Shown here one piece after another: positions 26,201 through 33,300 of a stretch of DNA of 43,546 bases; the stretch's first letter is position 1; each line of letters opens with the position of its first letter. Below the pieces are notes generated by a model. That model did not search any database. It saw only the letters and a program-made list of their open reading frames with translations, and was not told where the DNA came from. The position numbers and the translations under genes were made by a program. The DNA comes from a virus (Duplodnaviria; Caudoviricetes): positions 1 through 43,546 of IMG/VR virus record IMGVR_UViG_3300025003_000021. One strand, 5' to 3'.

Positions 26201-26641
26201 CAACTTGGCGCCAAGAAGGCTGGCAAGCTCTCCGATAGCGTCTCCCATCTGCGCTTTCAGGTCTGCCATTTCATCCGCTGGCGCGGCAGCAACACGATCT
26301 TCGGTAGGCGCTGTATCGCGTGCACCGGCTTCGCTGATCGCCACATCTACCGGCGCATTGCCAATGGCATGAGCAAGCGTATCGGCTTCAGCATCCTGTT
26401 TTTTTCTATCGAGCACCCGCTCTGCCGCGTCTGGATGGTCTTTCTCGAATGCAGCAACCGCTTCGCGCTCGATCCTGGTCTTCTGGTCTTGCAGAGTGTC
26501 GATGGCATCCTCGGTTGCGCGAATGAACGCTGCTTTCTCGCCCATCCCGCGCGACATGTAGGCGCCGGCAGCAGACCTTATAACGTCCTGGTCGGCCTGC
26601 TCGATCTTGTGTACCAGGAAACACGGTGCTGCTTTGCTCAT
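17228..26641 (-). CDS. 3137-aa DarB-like polyvalent protein: pyrophosphatase-like, N6-adenine MTase, Strawberry-notch-type SF2 helicase and RadC/JAB domains
   Basis: GADGDHVDVFVG/FDEHKVMLGF; EPTAGNG and NPPF; GDQTGVGKGR, DESH, SATY and QMLGRIHRTGQ; HNHPSG; EIQSD. Confidence 0.9.
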   Translation of the reverse strand: MSKAAPCFLVHKIEQADQDVIRSAAGAYMSRGMGEKAAFIRATEDAIDTLQDQKTRIEREAVAAFEKDHPDAAERVLDRKKQDAEADTLAHAIGNAPVDVAISEAGARDTAPTEDRVAAAPADEMADLKAQMGDAIGELASLLGAKLNMTPEEEAKIIPIMSKIFRVAAKMGYLKFQDAARYVMAQIRQLAGDVVADKLSIDNLQAGYINVAKEIGGNKREAMAFDSIDELLADTQAKIDAATHNAASSPQNDKPAPTQAQAEAGNYAKGHITLHGLNLSIENPSGSARTNLSRDQIEAAKIGAKGGELSDLSAALMAFDRYQTKADPTALMVAISMIRKAGNWADATQASKNLSKSAWAAIMPNGVNYGYIKRSTGADGDHVDVFVGPHPDETNAWIINQRQPVDAEPNDANAKFDEHKVMLGFKSGDEAVAAYLLGFEDKFGAQVFQSVSPSMSIQELKDVLPALVNSDPVSADATPEFLAVKPNPEPVEVQDDKGEHVSNRKLVTAAPEIEYTTKNGKVLKGVIATIFKTKESAREVDKFTWRMNGGYFIRMAHVTRPKAKPSIVPSAPNDSATSATPNKPNTISTDDGRFAVAGLISQAFVDGTTFATILEARKFITELTGEQIEPGTEHAKLADETIEAGVVLAARKIVEIGHDNGVGDETIFDSLLNLYKAQPNLSMRSSESIREQAYSTPVPMAFIASRLAGIGRDSVVYEPTAGNGVLLIEAVPGNVIANELNQRRAAMLKRVLAGATIRADNAAAWKPGNGGASAVIMNPPFGVVKGDDGETIRYEPLPGYETNEVDHAIVFNSLDAMADDGKAVLIVGGILNANTPEGRRNGYRGKSKREFYYFLYQHYNVTGHYSIDGDLYSKQGAKYPVDMVTINGRGKSKRGLPAADLPTEIKTYGELKELLNERDRVVSEGHGDSNRVDGSMAETGNQDQRGGVAIGPRGSGGQPAVGGVRGGSDASGEMGVQPAGSSKPGQPRSDRPVHSEGEPGVANPVQSGGHRPRPVRGNGDAGNRRPDSDGGNELPVVGRTSGLATKPAQSGLTQDRRGLEKETEHQVTYEPRSSAPAIGTLVPIAMRDAVQDAISRIEADVGNLDSYVAESLKMDIGHAKTVFSAEQIDALAMGIYNAQHESGFIIGDQTGVGKGRVVAAMIRYALVNGHRPIFVTDKPNLYTDMIRDLDDIGMADTFGLDHDASGIFITRRDGDPIPYTLTRTRDGEIVEESHSLRAPKIGNALDAVMTHMMQDGSVGEYKAIFTTYSQMQNVNGKVTTRQEFLEQFAKGNFIIFDESHQAGGAGGQQARSRDRREQQKQTGSVHTGRSGFARKLIASSGGTFFSSATYAKRPDSMDLYSSTNMMLAVDKPSELTEAIKRGGVPMQQAVATMLTIDGQYIRRERTFAGVTYDTRAAQVDLDTANNMSSAMRGVLKFSRLREAAIKALKKSLDASGAAVSFEGEKTQVAGANFGAIMHNLIGQMLLSLKAVDSVKYAIERSNRGEKVVLTVANTMGSFLSDYAKDVGISIGDPVSLSFADLYQRYLEKQRWVRVKSPGAKESVPYYLTDADLGPGLVGLYDGIRKQIADSGFGAAPISPIDYMHSELRKAKTKGLDGVERAITTDEITGRTVTLDYGADGIHRLGSRAATIKKRLGAINGFNSGDIDILIVNQSGSTGLSLHASSKFRDQRKRHMVLVQPEANIDTHMQMLGRIHRTGQVIEPAYTQMMANIPAESRPAAILMKKMGSLNANTTASKKSSVMADGVTDFMNDYGGQVAMEYLRDNPDVHKSIGGSEVIDLKENPEDGNESDIRKMTGYIPILPIAKQEEVYADLVERYKDLIERENDMGTNKLEAKALDLDAETLKSETITADKGVDSVFSKPATMELVSVKRTVKPYSSKEIRDMISERLAGDSGDAIAFGMRTSMNLRITDYAKERLNTLLEGGADQARLASEQALIANMQNHVNAVLSSAVIGDTVRLTNRDGIILHGAIIDVIDTQKTKNPAAGSAWKMVFALANGESKKLTLSLTQVGGSFKMEKEQRVDHLNPETGKSSYVEAMSLFDSGVHSRRENRWMITGNLLAGYAKHPGQVVSYTKSDGTTSQGIFMPRQFDFEEVKASSDVLIPADKAIQFFSDATGSSGQRNGSIGTMDNSLIIQSDGGGYAITTTLSKRGGGKWYADVAFTDILGEQFFKHGARMEAYIDSDERLRAALDYLSSRAGESLYAKNHIDVAKRIMGIGVQASIPVQGGVAQEERAVYAVNESDPHTGDLFGHEKTALPDLQRKVARRKPTTRDGNLHAAATLSVRESAEVPGLYLTTTQLVTVGQRALPLNKVNTVGDAAQVFAYLSKYAVEHFDALVTDNEGSPLAVIGSFKGATAQTSVYPGTIMGELSRIHGAAHVWMAHNHPSGRAELSSVDRHLSSRLDDLMRGSGITYHGLLVMATRGDRVHYEDTSYRNGDVSASQKPLFSVPIVERMIASGGSVGNKLTNPSEAAINVIELAKGDPGIVFANAQNQITAYVPFDAGHMGELRKDGRLMRLVRAASLSGAESAIIAMPDGKVSRAAFANVKSALEMIDIKTLDGIEYVTDGQGSQAEGTRAVSLAEQNAVTNPDTVNTRTSAMDAAINPVSMRAPEVAGNFKTITQKQAEPPIVPGAMERFQKDLAALKAGANTVQAKDVYLGSTMLSRAKWYSPLSQAIEGAPAKVFSNGTQVKNWLMANTGKSGIKLDELNWSGLLDYLELRGKDKVTKAEIADYLSGNGVVVNTVERVGVGDLNGVIEEIDKYIGTFADGWTDTDEYQIKQEPTADDKDTYQFIDYEDDNGDKESKKVGINVTVDNFGTHEGWSKDGGWVNTTVTFDDGRKAKAGAWLSYNGNGQIEVDPYSLSDFGDSDEFTDNEVEAIRDSIDELNIKQETNLSDSVQSSSDEFDARLKEAIVFLKDGDIYSAEARIIEAGDIEMEYGDNPSARAIRATISVTGDANKYSSYWGSSYKGGIPGSYRETLVTLPQRDPPAANKEFTAYQAELREKYGNGESVMRNATPDEIHKLDELGAPIRESRVPAKQFRSPHWDEKNVLVHLRTDKVIGDDGKRYLRVGEIQSDFGQLYKKQRDAIKSAVDADFQGIIDKMKATGVLEVAC
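23485..23895 (-). CDS. Candidate nested out-of-frame gene (136 aa, acidic) in the MTase-helicase linker
   Basis: TAAAGGAG RBS followed by TTACTCA and ATG. The product is globular-looking, while the host frame here is a low-complexity G/R/S/D linker. Confidence 0.6.
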   Translation of the reverse strand: MNEIAWYPKGMAIPTGLTAVWLKPGTRISEGVWLSALEDRVVNLLLEEYEEDQMPLAKWACNLLEVPSPDSPDQIAQFILKGNLELQTLFNLAVIDQDPFVGTATQEIGALIAMEETNFQLWVELAASQQNPHNLD

Positions 26642-26720
26642 CAGATTTTGCTCCGGGAAACCTCGGCCTTTAGGCCGGGGCGTGTAATGCCGTCCTTTAG
26701 GGCGGGGAGGGGGATGTCAA
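26642..26720 (+). mobile_element. IS200/IS605-derived miniature element (copy 5, 79 bp)
   Basis: TCAT|CAGATTTTGCTCCGGGAAACCTCGGCCTTTAGGCCGGGG left end; GCCGTCCTTTAGGGCGGGGAGGGGGATGTCAA right end. Confidence 0.8.
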
Positions 26721-26968
26721 ATGATGCCGCTCATCATGATGGAGAGGATTTCTATGACCTCTCGGTCGTCGGCTTCCAGAACCGTCTGGGCTGGAGATTT
26801 CTGGGCATAGAGGGTACGCCGCTTCTTGGTGCTTCCGCCATTACCTTCTTGTTGAACGGCTGTCGCCTGGGCGGGGACATCGACCTGGTGCGGCGCGATA
26901 CCCAGACCAAATGCCACCAGCGCCCCGGTAATGAGGCCACGGCCAAGCCCGCGCGAGACAATAGCCAT
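26717..26968 (-). CDS. Small hypothetical virion-module protein
   Basis: Start overlaps the upstream stop (TAATG); hydrophobic Gly-rich N-terminus. Confidence 0.75.
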   Translation of the reverse strand: MAIVSRGLGRGLITGALVAFGLGIAPHQVDVPAQATAVQQEGNGGSTKKRRTLYAQKSPAQTVLEADDREVIEILSIMMSGII

Positions 26969-27855
26969 TACGCTAGGCGCTCACGACGCTCTGCTCCTGC
27001 CCCTCGGTACGGCTGGTCGGTAGTGACACCCTCGTACATCTGCGCAGTGAGTAGCGAAGTTACACCATCGACGTCGTAGACCGTCATGAGCCCTGTGATC
27101 GGATCAGTCACGGTCTTGTTGCGCAGGATGGCGCTACAAATCATCATCTTGTCCTCGAATCCAATGGCGGTGGCATGTCCCCAGACGGCCGCCGCAACGT
27201 CTTCCGCTGTCGGACACGCGCCAGGCTGCGAAGCGATGCTGTAACTGTCGCTCAAGTCGGCACTGACGGCCGCCCGGATAAGGTAGCTGTCTGATAATAA
27301 CGCTGCCGCCGACGCAATGATGGTGTAGGCGTCATCCAGTTCTGCTGAGGCCGACGTGCTGATGGAGTAGAGGTCGGAAAGATCGGCGCCGATGACTGCG
27401 CGGATGGCGTAGCTATCAGCGAGGTCAGTCGCAACTGCGGCGCGGATGGCGTAAATGTCGCTCAATTCTGCGGCCACACTGCCGCTGCTCTGGATGCCGT
27501 AACTGTCGCTCAGCACGGACGAGACTGCGGCACGGATGACATAACTGTCAGCTAGTTCGGCCGCAATTGCGGAGCGTATCAGGTAGCCGTCTGCCAGAAC
27601 CGCTGCGACCACGCCGGTGATGGCGTAGCTATCAGAAAGTTCTGCGCTGACAGCGGCCTGGATCGCGTAGGCATCGGCAAGTTCTGACGCAATGGCAGCA
27701 CGAATGGTGTAGCTGTCAGCGAGTTCTGACTCCGCCAAAGCCAGGATAGCGTAGCTGTCCGTGAGTTCGGAAGAGACCGAAGTGGCACCCCCGGATTCAA
27801 CAACTGGTTCCTTACCTATTGCCCACTTGCCGATTGCGCCTTTACCGACGGCCAT
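26968..27855 (-). CDS. Repeat-containing fibre-like virion protein
   Basis: About 13 copies of a roughly 13-aa repeat (ELADSYAIRAAVS); position in the tail module. Confidence 0.8.
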   Translation of the reverse strand: MAVGKGAIGKWAIGKEPVVESGGATSVSSELTDSYAILALAESELADSYTIRAAIASELADAYAIQAAVSAELSDSYAITGVVAAVLADGYLIRSAIAAELADSYVIRAAVSSVLSDSYGIQSSGSVAAELSDIYAIRAAVATDLADSYAIRAVIGADLSDLYSISTSASAELDDAYTIIASAAALLSDSYLIRAAVSADLSDSYSIASQPGACPTAEDVAAAVWGHATAIGFEDKMMICSAILRNKTVTDPITGLMTVYDVDGVTSLLTAQMYEGVTTDQPYRGAGAERRERLA

Positions 27856-27858
27856 GAG

Positions 27859-28263
27859 TTATTCCGGCCAGCCGACTGCAATATCCAGGTCTGGATTACT
27901 CATGGCCTGTGCCTCAAGTTCGTTGCTGTAGGCACGCACCGTCAGTATCCAGCCCCACGCAAGCTGCAGTGATACCTCGATTGCCTCATCAGTCTGAGTG
28001 AAGGTTCCAATAATGCGGCGATGTTGCAAATCCGTCGCCATTGCGGCCATATTAAGCTGCTTAGTTAACGGGTAGCGGGCGAGTATCTTTTCCCCAGCGA
28101 GGGTTTTGATCTGTTGTATTGCATTGGCACGCCTGGCTTCTAGTACTTCGGTATCAGTAGCGAGCCTAGAAGTGCCATCCAACAGGTCAATGCGATAAGT
28201 TCCATCGTTGTTGTCGGCTGCACCGACACAGGATGGAATACTGTTTGTGAGGATGGTTAGCAT
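27859..28263 (-). CDS. Tail fibre assembly/chaperone-like protein
   Basis: Follows the fibre gene; ILARYPLTKQLN and C-terminal GWPE pattern. Confidence 0.65.
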   Translation of the reverse strand: MLTILTNSIPSCVGAADNNDGTYRIDLLDGTSRLATDTEVLEARRANAIQQIKTLAGEKILARYPLTKQLNMAAMATDLQHRRIIGTFTQTDEAIEVSLQLAWGWILTVRAYSNELEAQAMSNPDLDIAVGWPE

Positions 28264-29387
28264 TGTACTGTTCCTCTTAAAACCCCATACGAGTATGTCA
28301 TTTGTTTGGTACTCAAGTTTCTTTCAAGAAGATTAATGTTAACTAGACCAGTATCAGATATAACTATGCTATTAGTTGCAGATGATCGTGTATATAATGT
28401 ACCGACAGTGTTTGTAGATACTGTTCCAGGGTAGCCTTGTGTTGTTGAATTTACGCCAATCCAACACTGTGCAGAGCTACCAGTCGATGACATGCTATAA
28501 GAATAAATTGTCAGAGTACACACCCCCAACGCTCCATTACAATATCCAATTTTTGAAGCCAGATCATTATTGTATTGTCTCCATCCGGTCACTCCTGTCC
28601 ATGAGTGCCCCGGATCTCTAGAGTTATAGTCAACTTTCGCAGAAGTCTGATTGTAATTGTTGTACAAATTCCGGTTGGCATGAGAACTCTCGGTAGTTGT
28701 CGTGCTGGTTGTACAGAACGTGCCAAGATACAATCTGGTTTTATCATCAGCCTTACAATATCTGCCATCTTGCAGTGTTACTCCGGTTGCTCGTGCGGTA
28801 GTGCTTGTCCATACAAGTTTTTCTAATGCCAACTCACCTGCATTAAGATAACCGAATACATCATACGGCATTACACTAATCACCGTTCCAAGCGCCAATG
28901 ACTTTTCGGTAAATGTGGTTGGAACCCATCCAGCGCCATCCCATAAAATAACAACATCGTGGACGAAGGGAGTGTAATAGACAGTAGTTGCACCAACAAC
29001 ATCCGATATTGTCACCGGTACACCTGGCGTGAGTGTTAACCGGCCACCAGGAGTAACCCCTTGCAATAGTGTATTGTGGCGGCGGATGCGCTCTGCTGTC
29101 TCAATCTCGTAGACTTTAGCCGCGCTTGTGAAACTTACTGCTGAACCGGTGCTGCTGGCTTCAAGGGTTCCGCGCGTTACCGTAGTTCCGGAATGCGTGT
29201 AGGTGCAATCTCTGGCGATCTCCCAGGCGCCGCCTTCCTCAATTAGAATATCGACATTGGCATTTGCGCCGAAAGCAGTAGCAAACGATTGATAACCAGT
29301 TTCTGCTCCGGCCAGCGTAATGGTGCCGGTTCCTGGCGTGCCAGATACCGCGTTGCCTACTCTGTTTTTGAGGGATGGGATTGGCAT
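28257..29387 (-). CDS. Tail fibre / receptor-binding-like protein
   Basis: N-terminal NRV....GTGTITL adaptor-like region and GGRLTLTPGVPV motif; Thr/Ser-rich, AT-rich 3' half. Confidence 0.7.
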   Translation of the reverse strand: MPIPSLKNRVGNAVSGTPGTGTITLAGAETGYQSFATAFGANANVDILIEEGGAWEIARDCTYTHSGTTVTRGTLEASSTGSAVSFTSAAKVYEIETAERIRRHNTLLQGVTPGGRLTLTPGVPVTISDVVGATTVYYTPFVHDVVILWDGAGWVPTTFTEKSLALGTVISVMPYDVFGYLNAGELALEKLVWTSTTARATGVTLQDGRYCKADDKTRLYLGTFCTTSTTTTESSHANRNLYNNYNQTSAKVDYNSRDPGHSWTGVTGWRQYNNDLASKIGYCNGALGVCTLTIYSYSMSSTGSSAQCWIGVNSTTQGYPGTVSTNTVGTLYTRSSATNSIVISDTGLVNINLLERNLSTKQMTYSYGVLRGTVQC

Positions 29388-29396
29388 TGTGTGGCC

Positions 29397-29894
29397 TTAC
29401 GGGTTGGTGTCGCCCTGGACCTTTATCGTCCAGGCATCGGTTGTGCCGGCGGCGGCGGCGTTGACTGTGCGACGTACCCAGACGGGATAATGGCTTCCAG
29501 GAGCGAGGTCGCCAAGCGTCAGTCCAGCGGCGAAACTTGATGGCTGGCTGAAGGGTTCGCCGACCGGAGCCGTGCCTTCGTTGGCGATGGCTTCTGCTGT
29601 GCCGTTCAGTCCTTCACCACCAAGCGCAATCGCAATGTCGGTGTCCGCACTGCTGGTCTGCGACTGAATCCAGACTTTTGCCCCAAGCAGCGTCAGGGTG
29701 GCGTGGGCATTGTGCACGTAGAGGCAGCGGTATTCTGCATCTCCCGTAGCCGCTTCGGAGCTGGTAACGTCGTCGAATATCACGTTGGTGGTGAACTGCG
29801 CCGAGGATTTCGCACCCCCCAGCGCAAGCGCCGGGTCTGCATTGCTGGCGCCGCCACTCATGCGGTAATGGATGTCTGTTGCAATAATGGGCAT
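29397..29894 (-). CDS. Virion structural protein
   Basis: GAGG RBS; IFDDVTSSEA..G..EYRCLYVHN and VWVRRTV motifs seen in phage tail-associated proteins. Confidence 0.75.
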   Translation of the reverse strand: MPIIATDIHYRMSGGASNADPALALGGAKSSAQFTTNVIFDDVTSSEAATGDAEYRCLYVHNAHATLTLLGAKVWIQSQTSSADTDIAIALGGEGLNGTAEAIANEGTAPVGEPFSQPSSFAAGLTLGDLAPGSHYPVWVRRTVNAAAAGTTDAWTIKVQGDTNP

Positions 29895-30063
29895 TCTAGC
29901 GTCCTCTCAATAGTGAATTACTCAATGCCTAAAGGCAGTGGTCTTTGGCGGATTTTAGATAATCCAATACCCGTCGTGCTGGCTATTACATCCGCCTATG
30001 GTAATTGCGACTTGGTATTCTGTAAATTGGCTCGGCTTCACAGCAAGGTTCTTCAATAGATGA

Positions 30064-30297
30064 TTAGTCCTGGGTGACGTGCATTGTAACCGAAGATATG
30101 AGCTTGTCTGCATCACGCTCGAAGGTGGCCTTTATCAGCTTGTTGCCACTCTTCCCCAAGGCATCGTGGAGCTTCTTCGACATTTCTACGCTCCTGTCCA
30201 TCGCGGCGATGACGGCATCTGCCACACGGTTATCTGGCTCAGGAATGGGCGCCGCTATCGGTTCTGGCGCGATGTCATCTTCATACTTGATCGGCAT
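30064..30297 (-). CDS. Small hypothetical protein
   Basis: AGGA RBS before ATG 30297; co-oriented with its neighbours. Confidence 0.7.
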   Translation of the reverse strand: MPIKYEDDIAPEPIAAPIPEPDNRVADAVIAAMDRSVEMSKKLHDALGKSGNKLIKATFERDADKLISSVTMHVTQD

Positions 30298-30308
30298 GAT
30301 GGTCCTAG

Positions 30309-33300
30309 TTACGCCTTCAGGCAATCTAGCAAAGCTTTCATCTGCATGATGTCGTCGTCCGTCGCCTTGATCGCATCCAATGCGCTTACTTCGCGCTGCT
30401 GGTACGTGTTCGTGCGGCTGTTGATGGCTGGTATTGTAACCCTGATCTGCCTCAGGATCATGGGCACGATGTCGCTCACCGTAATACCGACAGGCCCCGT
30501 CTGCGCCGGCGCTTTGGCTGGCGTTGGTTGAGGCGCGCTGAATATGTCGCCCTGCCCTGCAAGTTCATCCGGCGTTACCTTCTTTACGATAGGGGACGGT
30601 GGTTCCTGGCCAAGTTCAAAGTTGGCGACGGTGGCGTCAACTTCGGCCTTCTTCTCCTTCTTCCTGTCAGCGATAACCTGTGTTTTACGCGCGTCGTCTT
30701 CCTGCTTGGCGCGCGCTCGTTTCGCGCGTTCTTCTTCCGCGCGCGCGTCGGATGCGGCCGTGCGGATTCGATCACGTTCTGCCTCTTGCTCGGCAAGGAT
30801 TTCTTCCGGTGTCTGGCCGACCAATTCGATGGTAGGCTTGCCGTTGTCAGCCAGATTGAATTGTCCGACTTTACCCGGGCTTAGTTTACCGGTTTCACGC
30901 TCGCCGCTCTGGTCATTTGCGCCTTCTCGTTCAGGCCCCTGAGCTCCATCTCCAAGGCTTTCACTTTGAGGCGGATTTTCATCATCGCCACGACCCTCTT
31001 CTGCTCCTCTGGCGGGAACGCCAGGAACCGCTGGCGTAGCGCCAGGAGGCGCAGCTTCTTGGCGGTCTGGCCCTTGTGCTTCACCTTGGATTTCTTCATT
31101 CCATGCTGCTCCAAAAATGGTGTTAAGGTCTGCCGGATTGCGCGATTCGTCTTCACCGAACGGAATATCGTTGACCTCTTCTTGTGCATCATCGACAAAA
31201 CTATCCGCTTCCTGAATTGCTTCGCGTTCCAACTGATCGTACTGCGCGTACAGGGCGTCGATCTCCGCCCTGATCTGCTCTGCTGTCTTATCTGTGGTGT
31301 CCACTCCAAGCGCACTCGCTTCTTCAACAAGTTTCTCACGCTCGGCGATGCTATTCTGGCTTCTCTCCTCGGCAATTATGTCCATCAACTCAGCAACAAA
31401 CCGCTTTGACTTCGCATTCATCGGCTTGCCAGCGATGGCGTCTTCAACGGCATTAACAGCCGCCTGGCCTGAAATCTTGTTTGCCATGCCCGCATACCAT
31501 TCTTGGTGCGGTATCCAGGTGGTGCGGCTGATCTTGTCATAGTCAGGATGATTGAAGTCCTCTGATCCACGGATCATTCGACCACCTTCCTGCGCCCAGC
31601 CAGTTAGTTTAGCGATTGCTCGCAAGTCTCCTTCCATGCCATGAATACGGGCGTCGTCAATCGGCTTTAGTCGTGATTTCTGTAATGCCTTGAGCGCGCC
31701 GATTTTGGCCTTGGCGTCGGCGATACTAGGGGCGCCTACAGTAAACGGCTTCAGAATGGGTGGAACGACCGCAGGCTGCTGACCGAACAGGTACATCAAC
31801 ATCCCGCTACGGTCTGCACCGGTTAGTCCCCCGCCTTTCAGCATCCCGATATTCGAGAATGCCCTAGAATTGAAGCTATCGCCACGCGATTCTGCCTCAG
31901 AAGTGGCGTTTTCTATCAGCCATTGAGAGTGGTACTTCTTGCCTTTCTGCTTCGGGACTGGCGTTGTCTTGCGGCCAGATAGCGTGCCGAAAACGTCCCC
32001 AGGATTGATCGGTTTTCTATCCGTCGCGCGGCCTTCCTCATCAAGCGTGCGCAATCCATCAGATTGCTTATTGACTAGTGCGGCATCTCCAGGAGTGCGC
32101 GCTTCTGATGATCCCGAGATCGCCGGCGGCATTTCGTCTGCTAGTGCCTCGCCAGGTTTAGCCCCTCCAGGTGGTTGCGCAGGCGCCGCACCGTCTCCCA
32201 CTGGCATTCCGGTACTGGTACTGTCTCGCCCTTGGAGCCCAGGCATTGCGTCTGGAATAACGATTCCGCTTCCAGGTAGGTCAGCGCCTTTGACTTGATT
32301 GCCATTTTCAACATTGGCGTCAGGGTAATTCTGTGCGGCTGCAAGATCGCTTGTGCCATTAGGTGTCTCGTCGGTGACTGTCTTGTCTGGGAGTTCTGCC
32401 TGCCGAATGCGGGCAAGGAGGGCTGCGTCTGATCCATCGTCCTGTTGAGGCACCTCAACGGGTGCGCCTTCTTGAAGAGGCGTGGGAAGCACGTTCTGAG
32501 CGGCGGCTCGGGTAGGTACATCAACGGGGGCAGTCTGGCCCGGTGCTACTGGCGCGGCGGCAAGGGCCGACGTGAGCGGGCCGGTGGGGGCGGGGCGCGA
32601 CGGCTCAGGCTGCGCGGCAGGTACCGATCCGCGCGTGAGCGGGTTGCCTTCCCATGCGCTCATGGCACGCTGTTTTGCGAGATTGGCGTCAGCTTCCGGC
32701 CTGCTGACATTTGAGACGAAGCTGGAATGCCACGCATCCGCCGCATCCTTCCCTATTATTTTCTTTAGCCCTTCATGGGCAACACCGGCTGCGCGAATAC
32801 GCATCTCGTTCGGTGCCGTCTCGTCAACCAACAAGGTTCCGACGTTTGCCCTATCCTTGGCGGCGTTAAGGTGCCCGGGGACAGCGACCGGCATCAAGAG
32901 CAGCGACATCCCAAGGGCCGCAATGGCGCCCTGCTTGCCTGCCTCATGCGGCGATCCGTTGTTCTTCGCACCATATAAATTTTCTACGGCTGTCTCACCG
33001 AAGCCTTGCACGTATTCAGTGCTTGACTGGATGCCGGCATTGGCAAGCATGTCCTTGGCAAATGCGCCAAGCCATGACGGGCTTGTAATCGTTGATAGCG
33101 CTTTCTTTGTGCCTTGTTTACCTAATTCATTCACCAGCAAGTGACCGACACCAGTGATAAGCTTTCCGCCGATCACGCCTGCAAGGGCTTCCCCGCCACC
33201 CTCTATGCCATAGTTGATCCACCCGGCGATCTTCGCGTCACTTGGCTTTGCCCCAGCTTGGATAAGCTTGTCGTAGGTTTGTTGCGCCTGGCTTCCTGCA

